Positions 12,963 through 31,400 are shown, counted from the stretch's first letter. The stretch is DNA of 64,000 nt from Eledone cirrhosa (GCA_964016885.1 OZ024741.1:189720001-189784000); one strand, 5' to 3'. Program-made: numbers and translations. The notes: generated by a model from the sequence alone, not told the origin.

Positions 12963-13430
12963 ATATATAAATGTATATACATATATGTGTGTGTGTATAT
13001 ATAAATGTATATACATATATGCGTGTATGTACATATATATATATACAAAAATACAGGTAAAGAGGCAAGGCTGTGTGGTTACTAGAAACAAAGTGTTAGA
13101 AGGTAATTGGGAAGTGAACAAGAGAAGAAAAGTTTCCCTTCATCAGCTGTTTACTATGGATCTTAGATGTTTCAGCGCTTAAAACTGAACATCGATCCAT
13201 AGCGTCCATGTCCTTTTATCCATGAAAAGGCCATTAGGGAAAGAAGTGATAGTGAAGAGAGGGGAAGAAAGAAAAAGGGAAGAAGAAGAAAAAAAAAGAA
13301 AAAAAAGAGAAAAGACGAAGTAAACATACCGATAGAAGGGGGGAACCCAGCACAATGGCCATGTATGTAAGTGACCGAAGAGAAAATAGATGAAGTTATA
13401 CCAGGCCGATGAGTATAAGCCCAGTGCCCG

Positions 13431-16306
<2,876 letters not shown>

Positions 16307-16915
16307 GTCAGGTCACCAGTTGGTGCTACTGGTAACATGTATCCCAGTACAACCTGTCTCATGGTCGGGTCGTTGGCGACTAAACTGGCAACCCCACCAA
16401 GGTTTCTTGGTGAGGAGGGTGACTTTGGACATCCTGCAGGACTAAAAACAAAACCTGTCAAAGGGCAAAGGAGCTCTTAAGAGTCAATGGCTATCCAAAA
16501 TCACCGGGAGAGATGACCCCTTAGCCTTTGTCAAGGCAGAATTCTAGGAGAAGGAAAACTCTGATTTAACACCTGCAACCCTGATGGTATCCAATGATGT
16601 TGACTTGTTCTTCTTTTTGGTAAATATCATCTTGGTTAAGAGAGTGGGACTGGCTTTGTGCAGTGCCTTTGCTCACTATAAAAGCTTCACGGCACAGGCA
16701 TTTCTTTATATCTGGAGATCTCTCTGCACTTGTCGTCACATGGTACCATGGGCCCAGCACTATGTGTCAATAATTGTCACAAGTGTAGTGTTTGTACCAG
16801 AGTTTTCAAGTCACTGGCTGGACTAAAAAGTCACACTCGTTCAGCGCATCGGTAGGGGTTCTCCTACATGGATATAAAGTAGTGGTCGTACTCGAAAACG
16901 ATTTGGCAGCCACCA
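16307..16915 (+). mobile_element. 609-bp non-autonomous RTE-derived bipartite retroposon, copy 1
   Basis: RTE-5'UTR-like ctaggagaaggaaaactctga block; 3' part encodes C2H2 remnant CSVCTRVFKSLAGLKSHTRSAHR* (16784-16855); flanked by TA repeats. Confidence 0.7.
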
Positions 16916-16963
16916 TATATATATATATGTGTATGTATATATATATATATATATATATATTAT

Positions 16964-17572
16964 GTCAGGTCACCAGTTGGTGCTACTGGTAACATGTATC
17001 CCAGTACAACCTGTCTCATGGTCGGGTCGTTGTCGACTAAACTGGCAGCCCCACCAAGGTTTCTTGGTGAGGAGGGTGACTTTGGACATCCTGCAGGACT
17101 AAAAACAAAACCTGTCAAAGGGCAAAGGAGCTCTTAAGAGTCAATGGCTATCCAAAATCACCGGGAGAGATGACCCCTTAGCCTTTGTCAAGGCAGAATT
17201 CTAGGAGAAGGAAAACTCTGATATAACACCTGCAACCCTGATGGTATCCAATGATGTTGACTTGTTCTTCTTTTTGGTAAATGTCCTCTTGGTTAAGAGA
17301 GTGGGACTGGCTTTGTGCAGTGCCTTTGCTCACTATAAAAGCTTCACGGCACAGGCATTGCTTTATATCTGGAGATCTCTCTGCACTTGTTGTCACATGG
17401 TACCATGTGCCCAGCACTATGTGTCAATAATTGTCACAGGTGTAGTGTTTGTACCAGAGTTTTCAAGTCGCTGGCTGGACTAAAAAATCACACTCATTCA
17501 GCGCATCGGTAGGGGTTCTCCTACATGGATATAAAGTAGTGGCCGTACTCGAAAACGAGTTGGCAGTCACCA
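16964..17572 (+). mobile_element. 609-bp RTE-derived retroposon, tandem copy 2
   Basis: Same ends as copy 1, a few percent divergent, separated by a 48-bp TA tract. Confidence 0.7.
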
Positions 17573-17621
17573 TATCTATATATGTGTGTGTGTATGTATA
17601 TATATATATGTATGTATATAT

Positions 17622-18419
17622 GGAGAAGAAGTTTATGAAACGGAAATGCGGGTATAAAGAATTTATTAGGTAACAATTGTTTCTATAGTGTATGGGTTAC
17701 CTATACTTCGCTATTTGAATAATATAAAAATATTATCATAAACTGAAGGTACACTGCAAGCAAACACACCATGTCTTCAGACCTTTGTATTGGAATGATA
17801 TGAAAATATTTTATACACTAGATAAAAGAGAAAGAAGGAGGTAGGAAGAGAAGGGAAGAGGGAAGTGAGTAAGGGGGTGGGAGTCCTAGGATTTAAGACT
17901 GTCAGACTAGTAGAGATCGTAAGGAGAGAATGTTTTGGCAGCAGTTAGCTTAATGAGGCGTGTTAGGGTTGGCGGGCGGAAGTAAATTCTTCTAGTGGTG
18001 TTGTTTGGACAAAATTTAGTTAAAGGAGTCAAAGTGGTACAGAGTTACAGACAAGTTATTGGGGCTATTATAGTAGCAGGTTATTTCTAAAGGGGTCCAG
18101 AAAACAGTGTTTAGTACTATTATTATAGAAAGCCATATCTTGTGTATAAACATATAAAACAGAAATTTGCAAACGGTGGTGTAAAAAGGTAACATTATAT
18201 GCATATAAAAAAAGAAAAAGTCGTTTTCAAACGATGGTTACAGTACCGTGAACGTTCAATTTTGCTGTTCAAAAGTTTGTTTACCGACGTTAAAATGCAG
18301 TATATCTCTAAATTGCATAATTTACAGAATCGATGATTTTGCTTATATGCAGGCGTAGCTGCAATAATTTGCCAATCAAGGGAGAATGCTTGATTGTTCC
18401 TCCGGAGCTGCCAGGCTTT
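17622..18419 (-). mobile_element. 5'-truncated Penelope-like element: GIY-YIG C-terminus (18419-18195) plus 3' UTR
   Basis: KAWQLRRNNQAFSLDWQIIAATPAY...FCKLCNLEIYCI...LLNSKIERSRYCNHR; both ends in TA tracts. Confidence 0.85.
17668..17784 (-). ncRNA. Type-I hammerhead motif with long stem II at the PLE 3' end
   Basis: aggt-CTGAAGA-catggtgtgt...atacactata-GAAA-caattg-TT-acct. Confidence 0.65.
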
Positions 18420-19943
18420 ATATATATATATATATAATGTCCAATCCCTCCCAGTATGAAAAAAAACAAATGTAAAATGGTTTGTTATTATTTTCTTGTG
18501 TTCCTTTTTTTTTCTAACTCATTCTGTTGTTCATTATAAATGAAGGAGGGCGCATGTGCTAGTAGGTTGCAATTGTTATCACAAACAAAATAAAAATACC
18601 CAATACATATAGTGTAATGTAATATTTATTGTAGTGATCATGGTTGAAGTGATGATGATGATGATGATCATCGTTGTCATTAACTACTTGTCCATAACTT
18701 TACATTTCATGTTTGTAACAAATACTTTGCATATAGCAATTATCATATGGATTTGAAAACAAAGAACCTCTGTGAAGTGCATAACATGATTTTGTGTATA
18801 ATTCTGTGTATATCATAATAACAAGCTCCTAGCACACTCTACAAAGTTATTGACATCAAGAAAAGCAAAGAAAACATGCCAAAATGGAGAATATTGAGGA
18901 ACACATGGTCCCCCTAACCCAGCTATGAGGACAATAGCGCTCCTTAACCCTTTAGCATTTAAACCAGCCGTATACAGCCATAATTCTCTCACCTCTTTCA
19001 GTTCAAAGCAGCTGCTCAAACTCATTTTAAGGTATTATTCTTAAAATAAATATCAAAATCTCATAGATTCAATATTATGTGAGATAAAGCCTTTACCATG
19101 AAAATGTAATAGCATATATAAAGTAATGTAAATGCTAAAGGGTTAAATATTGATTTAGGCTGTATCATACTGTGTAGCCCCTGTCAGCATGAAAAAACAG
19201 ACGTAAAATAATGAGGATTATATTCATCATCACCGTTCATATTCTTTATTCATTTACTAATTTTATACAATTCATTTAATTTCTATTCTAAGTAAATCGA
19301 AACCAGATTCATTATTTAATAAGGTAAACAAATAAAGAATAAAGCACACTGTATTTTCTGAAATATTTAGAAATTTGTATCTGTAAGTCTTGTTTTTATG
19401 AACAAAATACTGGAATATATCATTATCATCAATTTTACATCACTTTTCCAAGCTTTACAAGCTGGACAAGTCTTCTCTAGCCTGCATCTCAACAATTGTA
19501 ACATTCATTTGTCATTTTCTTTGTAAGGTTCAACATCCCAAGATAATTTTTCCACTTCTGCCCATATCTTCTGTAGACTTCCTCTTCTGCTGCTTCTTTC
19601 CACCTTGAAACTCTTGTCATTTCATCACTAGCAATTATTCTCCATATGCATGTCTGTACAGCATGATTTTTCTATCCTACACATTACATGTGATTCCTCT
19701 TATACCCAGCTTTTCTCTTAACCATTTTGCATTTAAACCAGCCATATCTGGCCAGAATTCTCTCACCTCTTTGTGATCAAACTGGCTGTAACTGCCCACT
19801 CATACCAATGTATTGTTTTCAAAATAAATATCAAAATGCCTTCAATTCAATATTATTAGATAATTATATAAGATTAAGCCTTTAATATGAAAATACAATA
19901 GTATATAGAGAGTAATGTAATCTTTCCCTTGTTGTTCAAGCAC

Positions 19944-19987
<44 letters not shown>

Positions 19988-20264
19988 AAAAAATGACACA
20001 ATAATTACATTATCACCGCTTGTCTTCTCCACAGAGAATGTTTTAAAACTTTGACAAAAACAGATAATAAAGTTTCAAATGAAGATAAAGAAAAAGATGG
20101 GTTGATATTCTAAGTGCTGTAATAAAGGTTATGATATCTGACAATCTCTAGTCAGGTTATCAACTAGATTTTCTCCTTCTCATCTGTGTATAAGTGTATA
20201 TATATATATATATTAAATATATATATATATTAAATATATATATATATTAAATATATATATATAT

Positions 20265-20317
<53 letters not shown>

Positions 20318-20358
20318 AAGGGAGTAAGTTTCTATACAAAACAGGTTATAGAGAAAAA

Positions 20359-21367
<1,009 letters not shown>

Positions 21368-21909
21368 ACATATATGAAAGAGAGAGAGAATAGTGTTTTT
21401 TTCTTTTTGGGGTGATATCAGGTTATCAACTAGATTTTCTCCTTCTCCTCTGTGTATATGTGTGTGTGAGAGAGAGAATAGATTTTTTTTTTCTTTTGGG
21501 GGCAATACAGGTAGGACATCCAATGTTTAAAATAATGACAAAGTCACTCAAATGTTACCTTGGAGGTGTTTAATTAGTCGGTAATATTTTGGGATAAAAT
21601 CACTTTGTCAAAAGAAGAGTTAAGGTAACTAAGCCAGAGCAGGATACCTTGTTTTGTTCTTAAGCTGGCATTTTTTAATCTCAAAGGTATCCTACTTGGA
21701 TGTGGTTTCAGTAACTATTTTTTTTAACAAAGGATTTTATCCTTAAATACTAAGAACTAATTGAGCATCCCCAAGGTAACATTCTAACAACATTGTTATT
21801 AGCAGTTATAGAGAATAAAAGGACTCAGAAAAGAGTGAGAACGGTAGAATATTACCTTAGCAATTTTATTGATCTCAAACAGTGTTATTATTTTTAACAT
21901 TTAATGTCT

Positions 21910-22150
21910 TAATATAGATCAGTTTTATAAATAAATATTGACATACCCTTAAAGAATGCGACCATTTCTGTTGGAAAGTTTCCAACAGAAATGGTCGCAT
22001 TCTTTAGGGGTATGTCAACATTTATTTATAGAACTGATCTATATTATATTTTATCTGATGAAAGCGCACCATAATTTGACTTGGTGTCCTTGAAATATGT
22101 ATAATGAAATAAATATGGTTTTATAAATATAGTTTCCATTTGTTAATATA
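21910..22150 (+). mobile_element. Penelope-like terminal fragment: 137-bp palindrome (21910-22046) followed by a hammerhead
   Basis: Centre ggaaa-g-tttcc at 21978; same family as 11209-11600 (shared atgaaataaatatggttttataaatatagtttccatt). Confidence 0.75.
22049..22109 (+). ncRNA. Type-I hammerhead ribozyme motif
   Basis: ttttat-CTGATGA-aagcgcacca...tggtgtcctt-GAAA-tatgta-TA-atgaaa. Confidence 0.75.
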
Positions 22151-22298
22151 TCGTATATATATATAGTGGTGTGTTGAGATGCTATAAAAGAGATTATAAA
22201 ATAGAGTGAAGACCCTTAAAGAAGGAAAAAGACTCCCCATTGGACTCTACATGGAATCGAACCCTATATCTTCCAGATACTGACTATATATACATATA

Positions 22299-22863
22299 TG
22301 GTGGCTGCCAACTCGTTTTCGAGTATGGCGACTACTTAATATCCATGTGTATCCGATGCGCTGAACGAGTGTGACTTTTTAGTCCAGCCAGCTACTTGAA
22401 AACTCTGGTACAAACACTACACTTGTGACAATTATTGACACATAGTGCTGGGCCCATGGTACCATGTGACGACAAGTGCAGAGAGATCTCCAGATATAAA
22501 GCAATGCCTGTGCCGTGAAGCTTTTATAGTGAGCAAAGGCACTGCACAAAGCCAGTCCCACTCTCTTAACCAAGATTATATTTACCAAGAAGAAGAACAT
22601 GTCAACATCATTGGATACCATCAGGGTTGCAGATGTTATATCAGAGTTTTCCTTCTCCTAGAATTCTGCCTTGACAAAGGCTAAGGGGTCATCTTTCCCG
22701 GTGATTTTGGATGACCATTGACTCTTAAGAACTCCTTTGCCCTTTGATATATATACATACATATAATATATATACATGGTGGCTGCCAACTCGTTTTCGA
22801 GTACTGCCACTACTTTATATCCATGTAGGAGAACCCCTTACGATGCGCTGAACGAGTGACTTT
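22299..22863 (-). mobile_element. Two 5'-truncated copies (22299-22747 and 22777-22863) of the 609-bp RTE-derived retroposon
   Basis: Reverse complement of the 3' portion of 16307-16915; same 3' end, inside TA tracts. Confidence 0.75.
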
Positions 22864-22871
22864 TATATATG

Positions 22872-22909
<38 letters not shown>

Positions 22910-23962
22910 TGTATATATATGCTAGTATATCTATGTACATATGTATGTATATATATGTGTGTATGTGTATGTGTGTATATGTGTGTGTGTGTGTGTGTAT
23001 ATATGTGTGTATGTGTATATATGTGTGTATGTGTATATATATATGTGTGTGTGTGTGTGTATATATATATATGTGTGTCAGTGTGTATATATATACACAC
23101 TGTAAATGTGGTTGGTGTTAGGAAGGGCATCCAACTGTAGAAAACCTGCCAGACAGTCCTATGCGAGCAAGAAAATCACTCTTGCCTCAAGTGGGACTAC
23201 CCCCGTCCAAACCCATGCAAGCGTGGAACACGGACGTTAAACGTTGATGATGATGATGATGATGATGATACACAAGCACACATTCACACACAGATGTTTT
23301 ACATTGATTTTAACTTAAGTAATTCATATATATCTGCCATCATGGAACAATCTTGAATGATGATGGCAGCAGAATCCAAAATATCTTTCATTATGTATTT
23401 TCACTGCTGTACTCAGTAGAATATTCATTGTAAATCAGAGAGCTTTACTACTTTAATGTGATGCCTTCAGCTAGCATTGACATATTAATTCTGAACACAT
23501 TCTGTTTCATGATAAATAAAATATCACCTCATACTGTATTAATTATTATGATAATCTATTACCCTCTCACAAAATTGTCTCATATCGATTTCATATAAAT
23601 TTATTCTGCTTCTATTATATAAAATGCTATCACTGTATCTTGCTGAGTTGTTAGGCCACTGGCCTTCTAGCAAAGTGTCATTTCTTCGTATCCCATCAAT
23701 GGTGTTGCTATATGGTTATGGGACAGGGTTGCTAGATCAATTCCAATATATATATTCATTGAAGTTGGAGGTTCACCACTGGATAGAACTGGTCATTCCA
23801 TATAGTTAACTATGATGCAATAGTAGGAAAAGCACTCAATGTAGCGCAACTCAATCAACTTTGGTGTAAGATTCTGTTGGTGGCGTGTGAACGGAGTTAA
23901 ATATTATTAAATAACTGACTTTATTCAATTATATAAATATATATATATTATATATTTATATA

Positions 23963-24307
23963 TCATCATCATTATCATCATCATTTTACGTCCGCTTTTC
24001 CCTGCTTACAAGGGTGGGACGGGAACTGATTCTGGCTTGATTTCTACAGCTGGATGCCCTTCCTAACACCAACCTCATTTACAGTGAGTGCTTGGTGCTT
24101 TTTTGCCGTGGCACCTCCACGACCACTTTGCAGTGGAATGATAGGTACCCCATTCCTATCATCTCATTTCTACAGCTGAGTAAACTGGAGCAATGTGAAA
24201 TAAAGTGTCTTGCTCAAGGAAACAACACATCACCCAGTCTGAGAATTGAACTCACAACCTTTCGATTGCAAGGCCAATGCTCTAACCACTAAGCCATGTG
24301 CCTCCAT
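23963..24307 (-). mobile_element. tRNA-derived SINE family B with RTE 3' tail (other copies 20503-20766 -, 43582-43910 -, 57027-57363 +, 58111-58424 -)
   Basis: Head ggaggcacatggcttagtggttagagc...gagttcaattc; tail cccgtcccacccttgcaagcagggaaaagcggacgtaaa(atg)n matches the LINE end at 56120-56172. Confidence 0.88.
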
Positions 24308-25386
24308 ATATATATATATCATCATCATCATCACTGTTTAAAGTCTATTTTTCCATGCTTGCCTGGGTTAGACATGTCATACATGTTATGAGACAAGTCT
24401 GGCCAGATGGCCACGCTGTACCTTGCTCAAATGGAACTGTATTTTTGGCAGGGATTTTTACAGCTGGATGCCCTTTCTAACACCAACCTAGCAAGTATTG
24501 CCAGGAGACAGTCAGTTCAAGTATCACATCTGTGAAGGTGCTTGCAAAACAAAAGCAGATCTGAAAATTCACCTACATCCACATGATCATGCAATTTTCA
24601 ATGAAGGGATGGCACTCTTCTTACAAGAAATAGAAATAAACATGTATGTATGTATGTATGTATGTATGTATGTATGTATGTATGTATGTATGTATGGATG
24701 GATCAATGGAGGGAGGGATTGACTCCTTCCTTCCTTTAATTCTTTCCTGAGACATTCTAATGATATGTCCATAATATCAGAGCTGTGACCTATCTACCTG
24801 GAGCAACTCTCTGCGGAAGGGTATGTGTGTGTGTAAGTCAGTTCTAATTTACCTTGTAAATAATTATTTATCCCATTGAATACAATAATTGTTTCTACTT
24901 TAGGCACAAGGCCAGCAATTACCCAGTGCATTACTGGTACTTTATTTTATCTACCCCGTAAGGATGAAAGGCAAAGTCAACCTCGGCGGGATTTGAACTC
25001 AGATCATAAAGGGACGTAACTATGCTGGGAAGCATGGCGTCCGACCCTCTACTGATACTGCCAATCCACCGCCAATCCACATCCCATTGAATACAATAAT
25101 GAATTATAATTCATTATTGTATTCAATGGGATTCTTACCTTTAAAATATTAAAATTTGAAAGTAACAAGTAACCAACATTTTTTATTAAATAATAGCATG
25201 ATCCACTACTTGTAAACCCAATCCTGCTTTAGGAAACAGTGAAGAGTGACAGGTAATTAACTCACACTGGCTTCTTGTAAATCGGTCCCCATGTGGATGT
25301 TCTATTCTGTTAAGTTTCAGAGGCCCTGTCGTATTGATTTCTTTGTAAATATTTTTAGGTACACTCACACACACATGCACATATTA

Positions 25387-26608
25387 CAGCATGAGGATGA
25401 TATTTGTTTGCAATTTTCAACTGCTAATTTTATGCAAATTTGTTTTACTTCCGTCTTCATAAAAACTCTTGTCTTCATAAAAACAGTGACTATATTTCCA
25501 TTATTTATTTTCAAAATAATTGATTATGAATAATTTTGAACCTCCAAATTTGTGGAAGAGACACGGAGTTCTTCTTGGAATCCGCGCCGGGAGGACAAAT
25601 AAGGAAATTTCAGACTTTCTCAGCGTCAGCAGGAGAATGGTGGAAAAGGTCAGAAAGGAATTGGAAGATTCAGGATTCGACTACGAAGCAACATCAGAGA
25701 GGAAAACACATGATGGACGATCTGACGCCTTCAGAACGCCCGAGTTTGTCGCTGAAGTTCAGGATATCATCAACAATGAATCTAGCAAGTCGATGCGTGA
25801 CATTGCAAGGGAGAAAGGCATGGATGAAAAGCTCATTAGGCTGGTGGTACATGAAGATATTCGCTACGTTTCATAGAAGATGAGGAAAGGACAATTTCTG
25901 TCAAAGGCGATGCAAGAAAAGTGACTGAAGTATGCAAAGAAGCTGATCAACAAGTTGAAACACCCACCTGCTGTGGTTTTTCTCCGACGAGAAAAACTTC
26001 TGCCAAGACCAGAAGATCAACTCCCAGAACAACAGGTGGCTCGCTGTCTCATCCAAAGACGTGCCCAGAGTCATGCAGACAAAGTTTCCAGCTACAACAT
26101 TGGTCTTAGGTGTCGTCAGCCGTCAAGGTGAGGTAGTAAAGCCCTGGATCGACCAGGTAGCTGCAGGTAGGCCGTACATGTGGCAGCAAGACTCAGCGCA
26201 CTGCCATACCAGCCGAAAGACCCAAGCCTGGCTGTCAGAGAACTTCATCGACCACACTTCATCTGACATCTGGCCTCCCAGCTCGCCTGACTGCAACCCC
26301 CTCAACTTCTTTGTGTGGGGCGCAGTGGAACGAGACACCAACAGATCTAGCTGCAATACGAAAGACGATCTGAAGGCCAGGATCACAAGTGCCTTTAGTC
26401 GGGGGACAGTGACGAAGGCCTGTAGCCGGTTTGCGAGGCCGCCTTGAGGCCGTCATCAAAGCCAATGCCGGGTTTATCGAGTGAGATTGAAAGAACAAGT
26501 CATGAAGACAAACTGACCCAAGTTTGATAAATATATCTTAAAAAATAAAACTACTGTGCTATTTTTTCCTAGACAGTAATCTTGCGAACAAATATCGTCC
26601 GCACCCTG
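25387..26608 (+). mobile_element. Tc1/mariner DD37D (maT)-type DNA transposon, inactive
   Basis: Imperfect TIRs cagcatgaggatgatatttgtttgcaa / ttgcgaacaaatatcgtccgcaccctg with TA flanks; HTH N-terminus (25520-25876), FFSDEK, WQQDSAHCH, WPPSSPDCNPLN with 37-residue spacing; stop, frameshifts and internal deletion. Confidence 0.92.
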
Positions 26609-26639
<31 letters not shown>

Positions 26640-26642
26640 ATA

Positions 26643-26985
26643 CAGTGTACCCCTAACATTTGCAGCCCCGGAATTCTCAGCCTTGGTTATTCGCACAGTT
26701 TTCCTCAAAATCTAATTAAGAATTGTTCGTGGAAATCACCGCATATTTGCAGAATCATAAATATCTGTGGCGATTTTTTAATGGCTTTTTTCATGGCAAT
26801 ACATATTTTTTCACGCGTTTTAATGCTAAATAATTAATAACAATATACCGTATTTGCTGGCCGATATTTTACATTATGTTTTGAGGTTTATAGGCATTGT
26901 TATGGGCCACGTCCAATATTCATGGTCTTTTAGTCTTCGCGGTTGCTCTAGGAATGTGACCCCCACGAATACTGGGGGACAACTG
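26643..26985. mobile_element. pogo/Tigger-like MITE
   Basis: Termini ta-cagtgtacccct...gggggacaactg, diverged TIRs. Confidence 0.5.
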
Positions 26986-27296
26986 TCATCATCATCGTTT
27001 AACATCTATCTTCAACGCTGGCATGGGCTAGACGTGTTTGTCCCATTTGAGGCAAGTTGGGTCAGGTGACCATGTCTCGCTCATATAGGACTATTTCTGG
27101 CTTGTTTTCTACGGCTGGATGCCCTTCCTAATGCCAACCACATTTACAGTGTGTGCTGGGTGCTTTTTGCCATGTCTCTTACACGACCACTTTACAGTGT
27201 GGGCTGGGTGCTTTTTGTCATGACACCTACACAACCACTTTACAGTCTGGGCTGGATGTTTTGTGGTACCAACATAACATACATATGCACACATAT

Positions 27297-27580
27297 GTGG
27301 AGACACGTGGCCTAGTGGTAAGGGTGTTGGACTTAGAATCATTATGTTGTGGGTTCGATTCCTGGGTTGCGTGTTGTGTTCTAGAGCAAAAACACTTCAT
27401 TTCACGTTGCTCCAGTATACTCAGCTGAAAATGAGAGCCAGTAATGGCTGGAAGTTTAACCCTTCGATGGACTGGTGTCCTGTCCAGGGGGGAGTCTTAT
27501 ACTCTCAGTCACTTCACACCATGAAACCGGGATAAGCACCAGCCATATGAGCCTTCTGGCTTAGGACAGACTTTAGACTT
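27297..27580 (+). mobile_element. tRNA-derived SINE family D (second copy 57419-57701 -)
   Basis: A-box tggcctagtggtaagg, B-box ggttcgattcc, body gatggactggtgtcctgtccagggg, tail agacttt repeats. Confidence 0.8.
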
Positions 27581-27872
27581 AGATACACACATATATACAT
27601 ATGATAATGATATAAATATATATATCATGATAATGACAGACATATATATATATATTCTAGTCGATCGACTTTCGTCAAATCGGACCGAGGAAACTATGTT
27701 TCCGTTGGTCTTTCCAATTGCTAATACTATCTATCGGTCGCAACTCCAGGTAGAAGGAGCAACATGAAATAAAGTGTCTTGCTCAAGGACATAACGCATC
27801 TCCTGGTTCAGGAATCGAACTCACAACCTCACGATTGTGAATCCAATACTCTAACCACTCAGCCACACGCCT

Positions 27873-28058
<186 letters not shown>

Positions 28059-28286
28059 CTCACAAGCACATTATGCTTTAAAGGAGTAGAAAAAATGCTA
28101 AAATATGATAATGGTTTCTTTCATGCCTTTTAGTTTGGTGTTAGTATCATTTGAAGTGTATAATAGTTAATATTCTGGAGTGATTAATATGCTCTGATTC
28201 ATTTTTACAAAAAAACTGTTTTGCATTATGCCTTCTCGGTGAATATAAATATTTTATTCCTTTAAAATTCACCAGATAAAATGACC

Positions 28287-28488
28287 TTACTAGGTTTGGC
28301 TGAAAAGTTTATAGGCTGACCAAGATACTCTCATGGAATGACATAATGAGGTTTATTTTGCAACATAGGCCCTGGAAAGAAACAATGCAGTTATTAATAA
28401 GATGAGTTGAGATTAATGCATGCAAGATTTCACAGATCTAGCATCAATCCTTCATAGTCAGCCTATGAACTTTTCAGTTGACTTTCAT
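28287..28488. mobile_element. mariner-type MITE
   Basis: TIR ggctgaaaagtttataggctgac / gtcagcctatgaacttttcagtt. Confidence 0.65.
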
Positions 28489-31400
28489 ATTTACTACAGA
28501 CACTATATTACATTTACTACTGACACTATATTACATTTACTACAGATACTATATTACATTTACTACTGATACTATATTACATTTACTACTGATACTATAT
28601 TACATTTACTAATGACACTATATTACATTTACTAATGCCACTATATTACATTTACTAATGACACTATATTACATTTACTACTGACACTATATTACATTTA
28701 CTACTGACACTATATTACATTTACTACTGATACTATATTACATTTACTACTGATACTATATTACATTTACTAATGACACTATATTACATTTACTACAGAT
28801 ACTATATTACATTTACTACTGACACTGTATTACATTTACTACAGACACTATATTACATTTACTAATGCCACTATATTACATTTACTAATGACACTATATT
28901 ACATTTACTACAGATACTATATTACATTTACTAATGACACTATATTACATTTACTACAGACACTATATTACATTTACTACTGACACTGTATTACATTTAC
29001 TACAGATACTATATTTAATTTAGTACAGATACTATATTACATTTACTACAGACACTATATTACATTTACTACTGACACTATATTACATTTACTACAGACA
29101 CTATATTACATTTACTACAGACACTATATTAGATTTACTACAGACACTATATTACATTTACTACTGACACTATATTACATTTACTACTGACACTGTATTA
29201 CATTTACTACAGACACTATATTACATTTACTACAGACACTATATTACATTTACTACAGACACTATATTACATTTACTACAGACACTATATTACATTTACT
29301 AATGCCACTATATTACATTTACTAATGACACTATATTACATTTACTAATGACACTATATTACATTTACTAATGACACTATATTACATTTACTACTGACAC
29401 TATATTACATTTACTACTGACACTGTATTACATTTACTACAGACACTATATTACATTTACTACAGACACTATATTACATTTACTACAGACACTATATTAC
29501 ATTTACTACAGACACTATATTACATTTACTACAGACACTATATTACATTTACTACTGATACTATATTACATTTGCTACAGACACTATATTACATTTACTA
29601 CAGACACTATATTACATTTACTACTGATACTATATTACATTGACTACTGACACTATATTACATTTACTATAGACACTATATTACATTTACTACTGACACT
29701 ATATTACGTTTACGACTGACACTATATTACATTTACTATAGACACTATATTACATTTACTACAGACACTATATTACATTTACTACAGACACTATATTACA
29801 TTTACTACTGACACTATATTACATTTACGACTGACACTATATTACATTTACTACTGACACTATATTACATTTACTACAGACACTATATTACATTTACTAC
29901 AGACACTATATTACATTTACTACAGACACTATATTACATTTACTACTGACACTATATTACATTTACTACAGACACTATATTACATTTACTACTGACACTA
30001 TATTACATTTACTACTGACACTATATTACATTTTCTGCTGACACTATATTACATTTACTACAGACACTATATTACATTTACTACAGACACTATATTACAT
30101 TTACTACAGACACTATATTACATTTACTACTGACACTATATTACATTTACTACAGACACTATATTACATTTACTACTGACACTATATTACATTTACTACT
30201 GACACTATATTACATTTACTACAAACACTATGTTACATTTACTACTGATACTATATTACATTTACTACTGACACTATATTACATTTACTACAGACACTAT
30301 ATTACATTTACTACTGACACTATATTACATTTACTACTGATACTATATTACATTTACTACAGACACTATATTACATTTACTACTGACACTATATTACATT
30401 TACTACTGATACTATATTAGATTTACTACTGATACTATATTACATTTACTACTGACACTATATTACATTTACTACTGACACTATATTACATTTACTACAG
30501 ACACTATATTACATTTACTACTGATACTATATTACATTTACTACTGACACTATATTACATTTACTACAGACACTATATTACATTTACTACTGACACTATA
30601 TTACATTTACTACAGACACTATATTACATTTACTACAGACACTATATTACATTTACTACTGACAGTATATTAGATTTACTACTGACACTATATTACATTT
30701 ACTACTGACACTATATTACATTTACTACTGACACTATATTACATTTACTACAAACACTATGTTACATTTACTACTGATACTATATTACATTTACTACTGA
30801 CACTATATTACATTTACTACAGACACTATATTACATTTACTACTGACACTATATTACATTTACTACTGATACTATATTACATTTACTACAGACACTATAT
30901 TACATTTACTACTGACACTATATTACATTTACTACTGATACTATATTAGATTTACTACTGATACTATATTACATTTACTACTGACACTATATTACATTTA
31001 CTACTGACACTATATTACATTTACTACAGACACTATATTACATTTACTACTGATACTATATTACATTTACTACTGACACTATATTACATTTACTACAGAC
31101 ACTATATTACATTTACTACTGACACTATATTACATTTACTACAGACACTATATTACATTTACTACTGACACTATATTACATTTACTACTGATACTATATT
31201 ACATTTACTACAGACACTATATTACATTTACTACTGACACTATATTACATTTACTACTGATACTATATTAGATTTACTACTGATACTATATTACATTTAC
31301 TACTGACACTATATTACATTTACTACTGACACTATATTACATTTACTACAGACACTATATTACATTTACTACTGATACTATATTACATTTACTACTGACA

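Noticed and set aside
13128-13205. Minus-strand CTGATGA and GAAAC near a small hairpin
   Set aside because: Order and stems do not give a complete hammerhead fold by eye
16566-17483. Conserved 79-80 aa ORFs in the 609-bp element
   Set aside because: Conservation reflects recent copying; open on both strands with no recognisable domain
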